Source of the DNA: Mustelus asterias
Lineage: Eukaryota
Length of the DNA: 64,000 nucleotides
Assembly: GCF_964213995.1 (NCBI RefSeq)
Contig: NC_135808.1
Span: 3,658,001 to 3,722,000 of the forward strand
Direction of reading: 5' to 3'
Shown: one piece after another, positions 1 through 10,490 of the stretch
Layout: each line of letters starts with the position of its first letter
Numbering within the stretch: position 1 is the stretch's first letter
Made by a program: the position numbers and the translations under genes
The notes under the pieces: generated by a model
Told to the model about the DNA's origin: nothing
Database searches by the model: none
What the model saw: only the letters and a program-made list of their open reading frames with translations

Positions 1-1063
1 TCCCATTTATGGCTAATCTCTTTATCAGTCCTTATTGCCCTAGGTCTGTCCTTATCTCAAAAGTGCCTCAAGCCCTGACTGGTTTCCTGTAGTATCTGAT
101 TCCTGCATGTTTAACTTTAAATAACTGTCTGTCCTGCATGTTTTAATTTCAAGTAGCTGTCTGCGCTAAAAGTCAGTGCCTGCTTAATGTCTCTTTCCCA
201 GGTAACTTTTTATGTGCCAGGCAGCCATTTTATGTGTTAGGTATCCATCTTTATGTTTTTCCCCACTTTACTGGCTACCTTCTTGCTCTTTACATATGTA
301 CAAAAAGCCTTGGGATTTTCCTTAATCCTGCTGGCCAACACTTTTTCATGACCCCTTTTAGCCCTCCTTACTTCTTGCTTAGGTTTCTTTCTACTTTCCT
401 TGTATTCCACTAGAATAAAAGGAAAGTAGAAAGGGACAAGTTTCTGGGCAGCATGCCACTTACCTGGAATGAGTCATTTGAACTAGGATTTTGGAAATGC
501 TCACTTCCATGGTGAACACCGACCTGGCTGTCAGTGACCATTCTCTCCTCGCCCTCCCCTGCTAGCTCCATAGCGCTCCTCAAAGGTAGTGAGCAGATGC
601 AGCTCGGGGACCCCACCTCCAGTCTTGGCATGCTCCCGGTGGTTATGGACCACTTTATCCTATGGGGATAAAGGAGGAATTGAAAACCTGATGGTTGTAA
701 GGACACAGGGTGTAGGGGGTGGGGCCGATTGGGTGGGGTTTATCAGGGCTATGACTTGGCAGTCTGTGGTTGTGACTGGGGGTGCCAGAGGGGTTGGAGG
801 AATGTCCTTGGAGGCTGGGTGCTGGGCGGCCGCAGAGTGTCAGGCGGGTGGCTCGGCATTGCAGGTGCGACAGACGGGACTGATGTCAGGATGGGATGGA
901 CACTTGCCCTTCCTGCCTGAAGAAGATCATTTATCTTCCGGCACTTGTCACCGGTCCTCTGTGCCAGTACGCGGACACTGACGACTGCTTACACAGCCTC
1001 CCAGACCATATTACTGGCCCAAGCCCTCGACCATTCCCCATTCGGGGTGAATTCGGGGGTGGC

Positions 1064-3058
1064 TCAGTAGGGGTGGTGATCGGGAGGAGGGGGTGGTGAT
1101 CGGGGAGAGAGGGGGTGGTGATCGGGGAGAGAGGGGGTGGTGATCGGGGAGAGAGGGGGTGGTGATCGGGGAGAGATGGGGTGGTGATCGGGGGGAGAGA
1201 GAGAGGGGGTGGTGATCGGGGGGAGAGGGGGGTGGTGATCGGGGGGAGAGGGGGTGGTGATCGGGGGGGGAAGGAGGGGGTGGTGATCGGGGGGGAAGGA
1301 GGGGGTGGTGATCGGGGGGAGAGGCGGTGGTGATCGGGGAGAGAGGGGGTGGTGATCGGGGAGAGAAGGGGTGGTGACCAGGGAGAGAGGGGGTGGTGAC
1401 CGGGGAGAGAGGGGGTAGTGACCGGGGAGAGAGGGGGTGGTGACCGGGGAGAGAGGGGGTGGTGACCGGGGAGAGAGGAGGTGGTGACCGGGGAGAGAGG
1501 GGGTGGTGACCGGTGGGAGAGGGGGTGGTGACCGGGGAGAGAGGGGGTGGTGACCGGGGAGAGAGGGGTTGGTGACCGGGGAGAGAGGGGTTGGTGACGG
1601 GGGGAGAGGGGATGGTGATCGGGGGGAGAGGGGGTGGTGATCGGGGGGAGAGGGGGTGGTGATCGGGTAGGGAGGGGGTGGTGATCGGGGGGAGAGGGGT
1701 TGGTGATCGGGGGGAGAGGGGATGGTGATCGGGGGGAGAGGGGGTGGTGATCGGGGGGAGAGGGGGTGGTGATCGGGTAGGGAGGGGATGGTGATCGGGG
1801 GGAGAGGGGGTGGTGATCGGGTAGGGAGGGGACGGTGATCGGGGGGAGAGGGGAAGGTGATCGGGGGGAGAGGGGGTGGTGATCGGGGGGGAAGGAGGGG
1901 ATGGTGATCGGGGGAGAAGGAGGGGGTGGTGATCGGGGGGAGAGGGGATGGTGATCGGGGGGAGAGGGGATGGTGATCGGGGGGAGAGGGGGTGGTGATC
2001 GGGGGGAGAGGGGGTGGTGATCGGGTAGGGAGGGGATGGTGATCGGGGGGAGAGGGGGTGGTGATCGGGTAGGGAGGGGATGGTGATCGGGGGGAGAGGG
2101 GAAGGTGATCGGGGGGAGAGGGGGTGGTGATCGGGGGGGAAGGAGGGGGTGGTGATCGGGGGAGAAGGAGGGGGTGGTGATCGGGGGGAGAGGCGGTGGT
2201 GACCAGGGAGAAAGGGGGTGGTGATCGGGGAGAGAGGGGTTGGTGACCAGGGAGAGATGGGGTGGTGACCGGGGAGAGAGGGGGTAGTGACCGGGGAGAG
2301 AGGGGGTGGTGACCGGGGAGAGAGGGGGTGGTGACCGGGGAGAGAGGAGGTGGTGATCGGTGGGAGAGGGGGTGGTGACCGGGGGGAGAGGGGTTGGTGA
2401 CCGGGGGGAGAGGGGTTGGTGACCGGGGGGAGAGGGGGTGGTGACCGGGGGAGAGGAGGTGGTGACCGGGGGGAGAGGGGGTGGTGACCGGGGGGAGAGG
2501 GGGTGGTGACCGCGGTGAGAGGGGGGGTGGTGATTGGGGAGAGGGGGGGTGGTGATCGGGGGGAGAGGGGATGGTGATCGGGGGGAGAGGGGGTGGTGAT
2601 CGGGGGGAGAGGGGGTGGTGATCGGGGGGAGAGGGGATGGTGATCGGGGGGAGAGGGAGTGGTGATCGGGGGGAGAGGGGGTGGTGATCGGGTAGGGAGG
2701 GGATGGTGATCGGGGGGAGAGTGGGTGGTGATCGGGGGGAGAGGGGATGGTGATCGGGGGGAGAGGGGATGGTGATCGGGGGAGAGGGGATGGTGATCGG
2801 GGGGAGAGGGGGTGGTGATCGGGTAGGGAGGGGGTGGTGATCGGGGGGAGAGGGGATGGTGATCGGGGGGAGAGGGGATGGTGATCGGGGGGGAGAGGGG
2901 GTGGTGATCGGGTAGGGAGGGTACGGTGATCGGGGGGAGAGGGGATGGTGATCGGGGGGAGAGGGGATGGTGATCGGGGGGAGAGTGGGTGGTGATCGGG
3001 GGGAGAGGGGATGGTGATCGGGGGGAGAGGGGGTGGTGATCGGGTCGGGGGGATGGTG
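1064..3058 (+). repeat. G-rich minisatellite, ~19-23 bp unit (GGGGGTGGTGATCGGGGGGAGA and GACC variants), in the intron upstream of the MHC alpha1 exon
   Basis: About 2 kb of directly visible tandem units; ends ~70 bp before the alpha1 splice acceptor. Confidence 0.97.
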
Positions 3059-3130
3059 AAGTCCAGCGAGATTGTTCTGTTGATCAGACCGGTGTTTATT
3101 GACCAATCCCTTTAACTGTTTCTTTTCCAG

Positions 3131-3391
3131 ACACTAACACACTCATGGTGATATGCACTGTTGCCTCTGGGATCGAAGATTTTCCTGAGATCACAAGCAC
3201 TGCAGAGGTTAATGGTGTCCTCATAGGATATAGTGACAGTAATATCCGTCGCTGCATTCGCAGGCAGAGGTTCATGGCTGAATATATTGACTCTGAATTC
3301 TGGGACCATATCACAGAACTGGTGAACTCGCACACAAACATGGTAAAGGAGAATCTGAATACAGTGCTGAAAATCACAAACCAGACATCCG
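3131..3391 (+). CDS. MHC class I-like heavy chain, alpha1 exon
   Basis: tcttttccag acceptor and G|gtaag donor, 261 nt, phase 1-1. Translates DTNTLMVICTVASGIEDFPE...GYSDS...EFWDHIT...NQTSG, with the N86 glycosylation sequon typical of class I alpha1. Confidence 0.93.
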
Positions 3392-3438
3392 GTAAGATCA
3401 GGCAGAGAGAAACAGCGTGTTGATGTACAACCTTACAA

Positions 3439-4307
3439 TGAACTCAATCCATCTCCCAGCACTGACCCCTGGGACACTGAACTCAATCCATCTCCCAGCA
3501 CTGACCCCTGGGACACTGAACTCAATCCATCTCCCAGCACTGACCCCTGGGACACTAAACTCAATCCATCTCCCAGCACTGACCCCTGGGACACTGAACT
3601 CAATCCATCTCCCAACACTGACCCCTGGGACACTGAACTCAGTCCCCCAGCACTGACCCCTGGGACACTGAATTCAGTCCCCCAGCACTGACCCCTGGGA
3701 CACTGAACTTAGTCCCCCAGCACTGACCCCTGGGACACTGAACTCAATCCATCTCCCAGCACTGACCCCTGGGACACTGAACTCAGTCCCCCAGCACTGA
3801 CCCCTGGGACACTGAACTCAGTCCCCCAGCACTGACCCCTGGGACACTGAACTCAGTTCCCCAGCACTGACCCCTGGGACACTGAACTCAGTCCATCTCA
3901 GTCCAGGGGCAGCACGGTGGCACAGTGGTTAGAACTGCTGCCTCACAGCGCCAGGGACCTGGGTTGGATTCCCAGCTTGGCTCCACTGTCTGTGTGGAAT
4001 TTGCACGTTCTCCCCATGTCTGCGTGGGTTTCCTCGGGTGCTCCGGTTTCCTCCCACAGTCTGAAAGACATGCTGGTTCGGTGTATTGGCCATGCTAAAT
4101 TCTCCTTCAGTGTACCCGAACAGGCGCCGAAGTGTGGCGACTAGGGGAATTTCACAGTAACTTCATTGCAGTGTTAATGTAAGCCTTACTTGTGACTCAT
4201 CAATTAATGTCAGTATCTCCCAGCACTAACCCCTGGGACACTGAACTCAGTCCCTCAGCACTCACCCCTGGGACACTGAACTTAGTCCATCTCCCAGCAC
4301 TGACCCC
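3439..4307 (+). repeat. 39/35-bp minisatellite (TGAACTCAATCCATCTCCCAGCACTGACCCCTGGGACAC) in the alpha1-alpha2 intron, interrupted by a SINE
   Basis: About 12 tandem units at 3439-3900 and ~3 degenerate units at 4210-4307. Confidence 0.95.
3906..4205 (+). mobile_element. tRNA-derived V-SINE (HE1-like head, alternative 3' tail)
   Basis: GGCAGCACGGTGGCACAGTGGTTAG A-box head; V-domain TCTGCGTGGGTTTCCTC...GGTGCTCCGGTTTCCTCCCACAGTC; tail ...CTTACTTGTGACT. Confidence 0.85.
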
Positions 4308-4448
4308 ATCTAATTTAGTAACCTCACCGCTCAGCTTCCTGCTACTGATGGCACAGGAAGATTCCGTCCATTTCTATCCGAGACTAGATCCCCTTTCACC
4401 ACTGAAAAGATTGTCTATTGATTATTGATCCCTGTTTGGTTCTGACAG

Positions 4449-4724
4449 GAATTCACATTTTTCAATGGATTTGGTCTGTTGAGGTCACTGAAGACGGCTC
4501 CATTAAGAGATCGATGCGGTTTGGATTTGATGGAAAGGACTATATTAGTTTAGAGCCAAACAGAATGAGATGGGTCGCGTCCAATCACTTCGCAGTGAAG
4601 ACTAAAGAGAAATGGGACTCTGATCAACGCTGGAATAATTACTGGGAAAAATATCTGCAGGAAGTATTTGTTCAACATTTAAATAAATATTTGGAAGCTG
4701 GAAAAGAATATTTTGGACGGAAAG
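4449..4724 (+). CDS. MHC class I-like heavy chain, alpha2 exon
   Basis: ttctgacag acceptor, G|gtattg donor, 276 nt (canonical length). Motifs GIHIFQW, FGFDGKDYISL, TKEKWD, YLQEVFVQHLNKYLEAGKE; no cysteines. Confidence 0.95.
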
Positions 4725-4841
4725 GTATTGAATTCAGTTTTGAGCCCATGTTCTGATCTAACTTCACTGATCTATCAAACCATTCTCCCATTCCATTCAG
4801 TGTGGGTTTATTGTTTTTGTTTTCACCCTTTCCCATTACAG

Positions 4842-5120
4842 TTCAGCCTGAAGTCTTCATCTCCAGAAGTGAGCCCAATGGTCAGTACAATCCGCTCACT
4901 CTCTCCTGCCTGGTTACTGGCTTTTATCCTGCAGACATCGAGGTGACCTGGCTAAGGAGTGGAGAAGTAATGTCTGAGATACTATCCTCAGGGGTTCGAC
5001 CGAACCACAATGGGACCCATCAGATCCAGAAAGAGATTGAAATAAATGCTGGGGATGAGGATCAATACTGCTGTCAAATTGAACACAGCAGCCTGGCAGA
5101 GCCCAAGCTCCATAAGTGGG
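4842..5120 (+). CDS. MHC class I-like heavy chain, alpha3 (C1-set Ig) exon
   Basis: cccattacag acceptor, G|gtgag donor, 279 nt. LSCLVTGFYPADIEVTW...RPNHNGTHQ...YCCQIEHSSL is a C1-set/MHC signature. Confidence 0.97.
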
Positions 5121-5493
5121 GTGAGGAACTGTATTGGATATGTGCATGTATTTGCATGCACATCCGGGAGCGCATTCCCATTCTCTCCATTCCCTGTCTC
5201 CCCCCATGCCAACCAATTTTCACCCAATGGCAAAGATTCCCTTCAATTCCAGACACTCTGATTATTGTCAAGAATCTCTTGTGTGGAACATTATCAATGA
5301 CCTTCTGGAAGTCCATCTCGAGCAGGTCCATAGACACTCCCTTATCCACCATGGGGCCAGTGTCAAAGCAAAGCTTCAACCAATCCCATTTGGACTGGGG
5401 CCGCTTCAATTCACATTATCCCCAATGAACATAGAACTGGGACTGGATCCGGAAACAGAGAAACAATCCTCATATTATTCAAATGTGTTTCAG

Positions 5494-5604
5494 AAATCCT
5501 GGGAAACAGTGGGGGACGCTCCCATCTTGGTATTATAATCGGATCAGTGATCCCAGCACTGGTTGTTATATTCGGAATAATCATCTGGAAAAGACAACGG
5601 ACAG
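5494..5604 (+). CDS. MHC class I-like heavy chain, connecting peptide/transmembrane exon
   Basis: tgtttcag acceptor, G|gtaag donor, 111 nt. EILGNSGGRSHLGIIIGSVIPALVVIFGIIIWKRQRT: hydrophobic span followed by a basic stop-transfer sequence. Confidence 0.92.
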
Positions 5605-5999
5605 GTAAGAATCAGAGAGAGGGGAAAATAGAACTGAGGGGACAGAGTGAGTGTAGGGAATCTCCAGTACTGGGACACTGTGTTGAATGAACTGATTTAA
5701 TTCCCACACACAGATACACACGTATAAACACATCTTGTTCCCTGTCTGATCTTCCTTTGTGTGATCAGCCCAGATCAGGTGTAACATTGATCATTAAAGC
5801 CACCGCACACACTCTCATCCTCACCTGAATACGGATGGAATGGAAGAGATCTGCAGGATCTCCATAAAGTGTAAGGATGGAGGGGAGTGTGAGAATGAGT
5901 ATTTCTCACACAATCTCCATTCCCTCACACTTATTGTGTTCTCACTCTCTGAGAATGGATTATTCCCCATTCTAACTGACATTTATTTTACTTCTGCAG

Positions 6000-6032
6000 A
6001 TTCACCAAGTGGGGCGTACACAACAGATCCCA
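6000..6032 (+). CDS. MHC class I-like heavy chain, cytoplasmic exon
   Basis: Branch-like ctgac, pyrimidine tract, ctgcag acceptor and A|gtaagt donor; 33 nt, DSPSGAYTTDP. The final coding exon is uncertain (an acceptor at 6111 would add KF-stop). Confidence 0.8.
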
Positions 6033-6849
6033 GTAAGTGACTGAGGCACGGATTGTTGGGAATGAAATACATTCACGTTTTGTGCACTTTTCTCACTTTC
6101 TGATTGCTCAGAGTTTTAAATATCTTTAAATGTTTGCGGATTTTGATCAAGACTTTTTGGACTCAGTATAAAAGACTCTGTGATACATCCAGTAATGGAG
6201 AAGACAATCAGGATGTTGAAAACATTTTTCTGGTGCTGGGCAGTTTTGCACTTCACTTTATAAGTTGTGTGAGATGAAGGAAAGTGAAAGTTGATCTGAT
6301 GAATTCCCACACAGTCACGGAGTGTTCACCCGGCTCCTTTGTACAGGACTCTGTGCTGTACAGGCTGTTCCCAGGAACACACATTGAGATAAACACCGTA
6401 TCTTGCTGGAGGACCATCAACTCAGTGGAAATCAGCCTGAAACTCACAGCTGTTCCAGGGCAAAGGGTTTTTTTAGACTGTCGCATTGCAAGGTCCAGGA
6501 ATACTGGTGAGGGACACAACACAGCTTGGGGCAGCCACTGGAGACACTCCATGGGGAAAGACCTCTGACTAAGACCCTCCCATCATAGCTACAGGGAGTG
6601 GCTGAAAAATATGTCAAATCTCTGTGTGAATATTGCTGAGATAATATTGCCAATCTAAATTGTAACTCTGAGTGTAGTGAGACTCTACAGAATGTCAGAA
6701 TTTATATTGATAGAAACTGGCCCATTTTGATCCTTCTGTAATGTCATATTTGATGTGTTCTACAATGTATTTTTGTTTATTTTAATGTTATAACACATTT
6801 ATGGAGGAAAGTCTACAATCAGTGAAGCATCAATAACTGGTTTGTAATC

Positions 6850-6855
6850 AATAAA
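6850..6855 (+). terminator. Probable polyadenylation signal of the class I gene
   Basis: AATAAA at the end of an AT-rich unique stretch, followed by a GT/T-rich tract (gtgtttgacttgtc). Confidence 0.55.
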
Positions 6856-8170
6856 TAATTGTCAGTGTTTGACTTGTCTGAATTCTTCTTCACTGATTTC
6901 ACAGGAAAGGTTTAATTCATTCACTCAGCAGCTTGTGACGATTGGAATGGGCAGTTGTTGAGGTTCAATTCAATGTGAACTGGCTGAGTTCATACCAAAT
7001 GTCAACATCATTCACTGTTTTCCATCAGCATTGATTCACTTGTTAATAGAAAAGGAGATGTCAGTGCGAGAGACAGAGGAGAGGAAGACCTGTCCTAACT
7101 TAAGTGAATCAAACTTCAGCACATTTCCCAGTGAGCTGGAGGTGAAGGCTCACCAGCTCCTCAGTAATGAGAAGTGTAGGGAACCTCAAAGTGAGTGTGT
7201 TGGTGCCAAGCTGTTCCAGTACAGCTACAACACAGGCATCTCCCGACAATGTATAAAATTGCCCAGGTATATGCTGTACACTAGAAACAGGACAAATTTA
7301 ACCCTGCCTATTACAACCCAATCGGTCTACTGTCAATCATCAGCAAAGTGATGAAGGGGTTATCAACAGTGCCGTCAAGCGGCACTTACTCAGCAATAAT
7401 TTGCTCAGTGACACCCAGTTTGTGTTCCGCCAGGGTCACTCAGCTCCTGACCTCATTACAGCTTTGGTTCAAACATGGACAAAAGAGCTTAATTCCAGAG
7501 GTGAGATGAGAGTGATAGTCCTTGATATCAAGACCGCATTTGACCGAGTGTGGCATCAAGGAGCCCTCGTAAAACCGGAATCAATGGGTATCAGGGGGAA
7601 AACTCTCCACTGGTTGGAATCATAACTAGCACAAAAAATGGTGGTTGTGTGATTGGAGGTCAATCATCTCAGTCTCTGGGCATCAATGCAGGAATTCCTC
7701 AGGGTCGTGTCCCAGTCCCAACCATCTTCAGCTGCTTCATCAGTGACCTGCCTTCTAGGATAATGTCAGAAGTGGCGATGTTCGCTGATGATTGTGCAAT
7801 GTTCAGCTGCATTATTACGACTCAGATATTGAAGCAGTCCATGTCCAAATGCAGCAAGACCTGGACAATGTCCAGGCTTGGACTAACAAGTGGCAAGTAA
7901 TATTTGTGTCACACAAGTGTAAGGCAACAATCACCTCCAACAAGAGAGAATCTAACCATCGCCCCTTGACATTCAATGGCATTGCCATGACTGAATCCCC
8001 CATTAGCAACATCCTGGGGCCTACCATTGACCAGAAACAAAACTGGATTAGCCATATAAATACTGTAGTTACAAGAGCAGGTCAGAGGTTAGGAATCCTG
8101 CAGTGAGTAACCACCTCCTGACTCCCCAAAACCTGTCCACCATCTACATGGCACAAGTCACGAGTGTGAG

Positions 8171-8574
8171 GATTGTATTCATTGGAGTTTAGAAGAGTGA
8201 GAGGGGATCTCATTGAGACTTATAAAAGTCTAACAGGATTAGACAGGGTAGATTCAGAAAGGATGTTCCAAATGGTGAAGGAGTCCAGAACTAGGGGTCA
8301 CAGTTTGAGGATAAGAACTGAGATGAGGAGAAATTTCTTCACTCAGAGTGGTGAATGTGTGGAATTCACTACCACAGAAAGTAGGTGAGGCCAAAACATT
8401 GTGTGACTTCAAGAATAAATTAGATATAGCTCTTGGGCCTTTTGGGATCAAGGGTTATGGGGGAAAGGGGATCATGATATTGAATTTGATGATCAGCCAT
8501 GATCATAATGAATGGTGAAAAGTCTCGAAGGGTCGAATGGCCTCTTCCTGCTTCTGTTTTCTACGTTTCTATGT
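8171..8574 (+). mobile_element. CR1 (HER1-like) LINE 3' fragment
   Basis: YSLEFRRVRGDLIETYK...ESRTRGHSL C-terminal ORF2 motif plus a CR1-type 3' tail. Confidence 0.85.
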
Positions 8575-8685
8575 AATGGAATTCTCTCCACTTGTCTAGA
8601 TGAGTGCAGCTCTAAAAACACTCAAGAAACTCAACAGACACTATTCAGGATAAAGCAGCCCGCTTCATTGCTACCCATTCCACAA

Positions 8686-9008
8686 GGGGCGGCATGGTGG
8701 CACAGTGTTAGCACTGCTGCCTCACAGCACCAGGGACCCGGGTTTGATTCTTGTCTTGGGTCACTCTGTGTGAAGTTTGCACATTCTCCCCGTGTCTGCG
8801 TGTGTTTCCTCCGGGTGCTCCAATTTCCTCCCATGGTCCAATGATGTGTGGGTGAGCTGGACTGGCCAAGCTAAATAACCCCTTTGTGTCATGGAGATTA
8901 GCGCAGCTAAATACATGAGTTAATGGGGATGGGGCCTGTGTGGGATTGTGGTCGGTGCAGACTCAATGGGCTGAATGGCCTCCTTCTGCACTGGAGGATT
9001 CTATGATT
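8686..9008 (+). mobile_element. HE1-like V-SINE with CR1-type tail
   Basis: tRNA head, V-domain, tail GGGCTGAATGGCCTCCTTCTGCACTG...TTCTATGATT. Confidence 0.85.
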
Positions 9009-10286
9009 CAAGCCCTTCACCACTGATGCACAGTGGCAGCTGTGTGAACCATCTACAAGATTCACTGGAGGAACTCACCAAGGCTCCTTAGACAGCACCT
9101 TTTAAACCCGCTAGTAGCACCTTACAAAGAACAAAGAACATTACAGCACAGGAACAGGCCCTTCGGCCCTCCAAGCCTGCGCCGCTCCCTGGTCCAAACT
9201 AGACCATTCTTTTGTATCCCTCCATTCCCACTCCGTTCATGTGGCTATCTAGATAAATCTTAAACGTTCCCAGTGTATCCGCCTCCACCACCTTGCCTGG
9301 CAGCGCATTCCAGGCCCCCACCACCCTCTGTGTAAAATATGTCCTTCTGATATCCGTGTTAAACCTCCCCCCCCGCCCCCCCCCCCACCTCACCTTGAAC
9401 CTATGACCCCTTGTGAATGTCACCACCGACCTGGGAAAAAGCTTCCCACCGTTCACCCTATCTATGCCTTTCATAATTTTATACACCTCTATTAGGTCTC
9501 CCCTCATCCTGTCTTTCCAGTCAGAACAACCCCAGTTTACCCAATCTCTCCTCATAACTAAGCCCCTCTATACCAGGCAACATCCAAGTAAACCTCCTCT
9601 GTACTCTCTCTAAAGCCTCCACGTCCTTCTGGTAGTGTGGTGACCAGAACTGGACGCAATATTCCAAATGCGGCCGAACCAACGTTCTATACAACTGCAA
9701 CATCAGACCCCAACTTTTATACTCTATGCCCCGTCCTATAAAGGCAAGCATGCCATATGCCTTATTCACTACCTTCTCCACCTGTGACGTCACCTTCAAG
9801 GATCTGTGGACTTGCACACCCAGGTCCCTCTACGTATCTACACCCTTTATGGTTCTGCCATTTATCGTATAGCTCCCCCCTACGTTAGTTCTACAAAATG
9901 CATCACTTCGCATTTATCTGGATTGAACTCCATCTGCCATTTCTTTGCCCAAATTTCCAGCCTATCTATATCCTTCTGTAGCCTCTGACAATGTTCCTCA
10001 CTACCTGCAAGTCCAGCCATTTTCGTGTCGTCTGCAAACTTACTGATCACCCCAGTTACACCTTCTTCCAGATCGTTTATATAAATCACAAACAGCAGAG
10101 GTCCCAATACAGAGCCCTGCGGAACACCACTAGTCATAGGCCACCAGCCGGAAAAAGACCCTTCCACTACCAACCTCTGTCTTCTGTGACCAAGATGTGG
10201 AGATGCCAGCGTTGGGCTGGGGTGAACACAGTAAGAAGTCTCACAACACCAGGTTAAAGTCCAACAGGTTTATTTGGTAGCAAATA

Positions 10287-10323
10287 CCATAAGCTTTCGG
10301 AGCACTGCACCTTCGTCAGATGG
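10287..10323 (-). ncRNA. Minimal hammerhead ribozyme motif (one stem II mismatch)
   Basis: Minus strand reads CCAT-CTGACGA-A-GGTGC(AGT)GCTCC-GAA-AGCT-T-ATGG. Confidence 0.65.
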
Positions 10324-10453
10324 AGTGGAAATGTGCTCTCAAACAGTGCACAGAGACACAAAATCAAGTTACAGAATACTGTATTCTATAAGTTACAGTA
10401 TTCTGTAACTTGATTTTGTGTCTCTGTGCACTGTTTGAGAGCACATTTCCACT

Positions 10454-10490
10454 CCATCTGATGAAGGAGCAGCGCTCCGAAAGCTTATGG
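10454..10490 (+). ncRNA. Minimal type I hammerhead ribozyme motif
   Basis: CCAT-CTGATGA-A-GGAGC(AGC)GCTCC-GAA-AGCT-T-ATGG: intact core boxes, stems I and II, palindromic stem III. Confidence 0.75.

Noticed and set aside
1-1063. Leader exon of the class I gene
   Set aside because: No ATG-initiated hydrophobic exon with a phase-1 donor found; it probably lies upstream of the window.
1064-3106. 680-aa Pro-rich, extensin-like ORF on the minus strand
   Set aside because: It is the translation of the C-rich strand of the minisatellite, which lacks stop codons by composition, and it is antisense within an intron.
3417-3900. LNSIHLPALTPGT repeat ORF / CRISPR-like periodicity
   Set aside because: Head-to-tail tandem units with no unique spacers, in a vertebrate intron; 35-bp variants break the frame.
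4802-5428. 208-aa ORF as a stand-alone protein
   Set aside because: Only 4842-5120 is the alpha3 exon; the rest is intron read-through.
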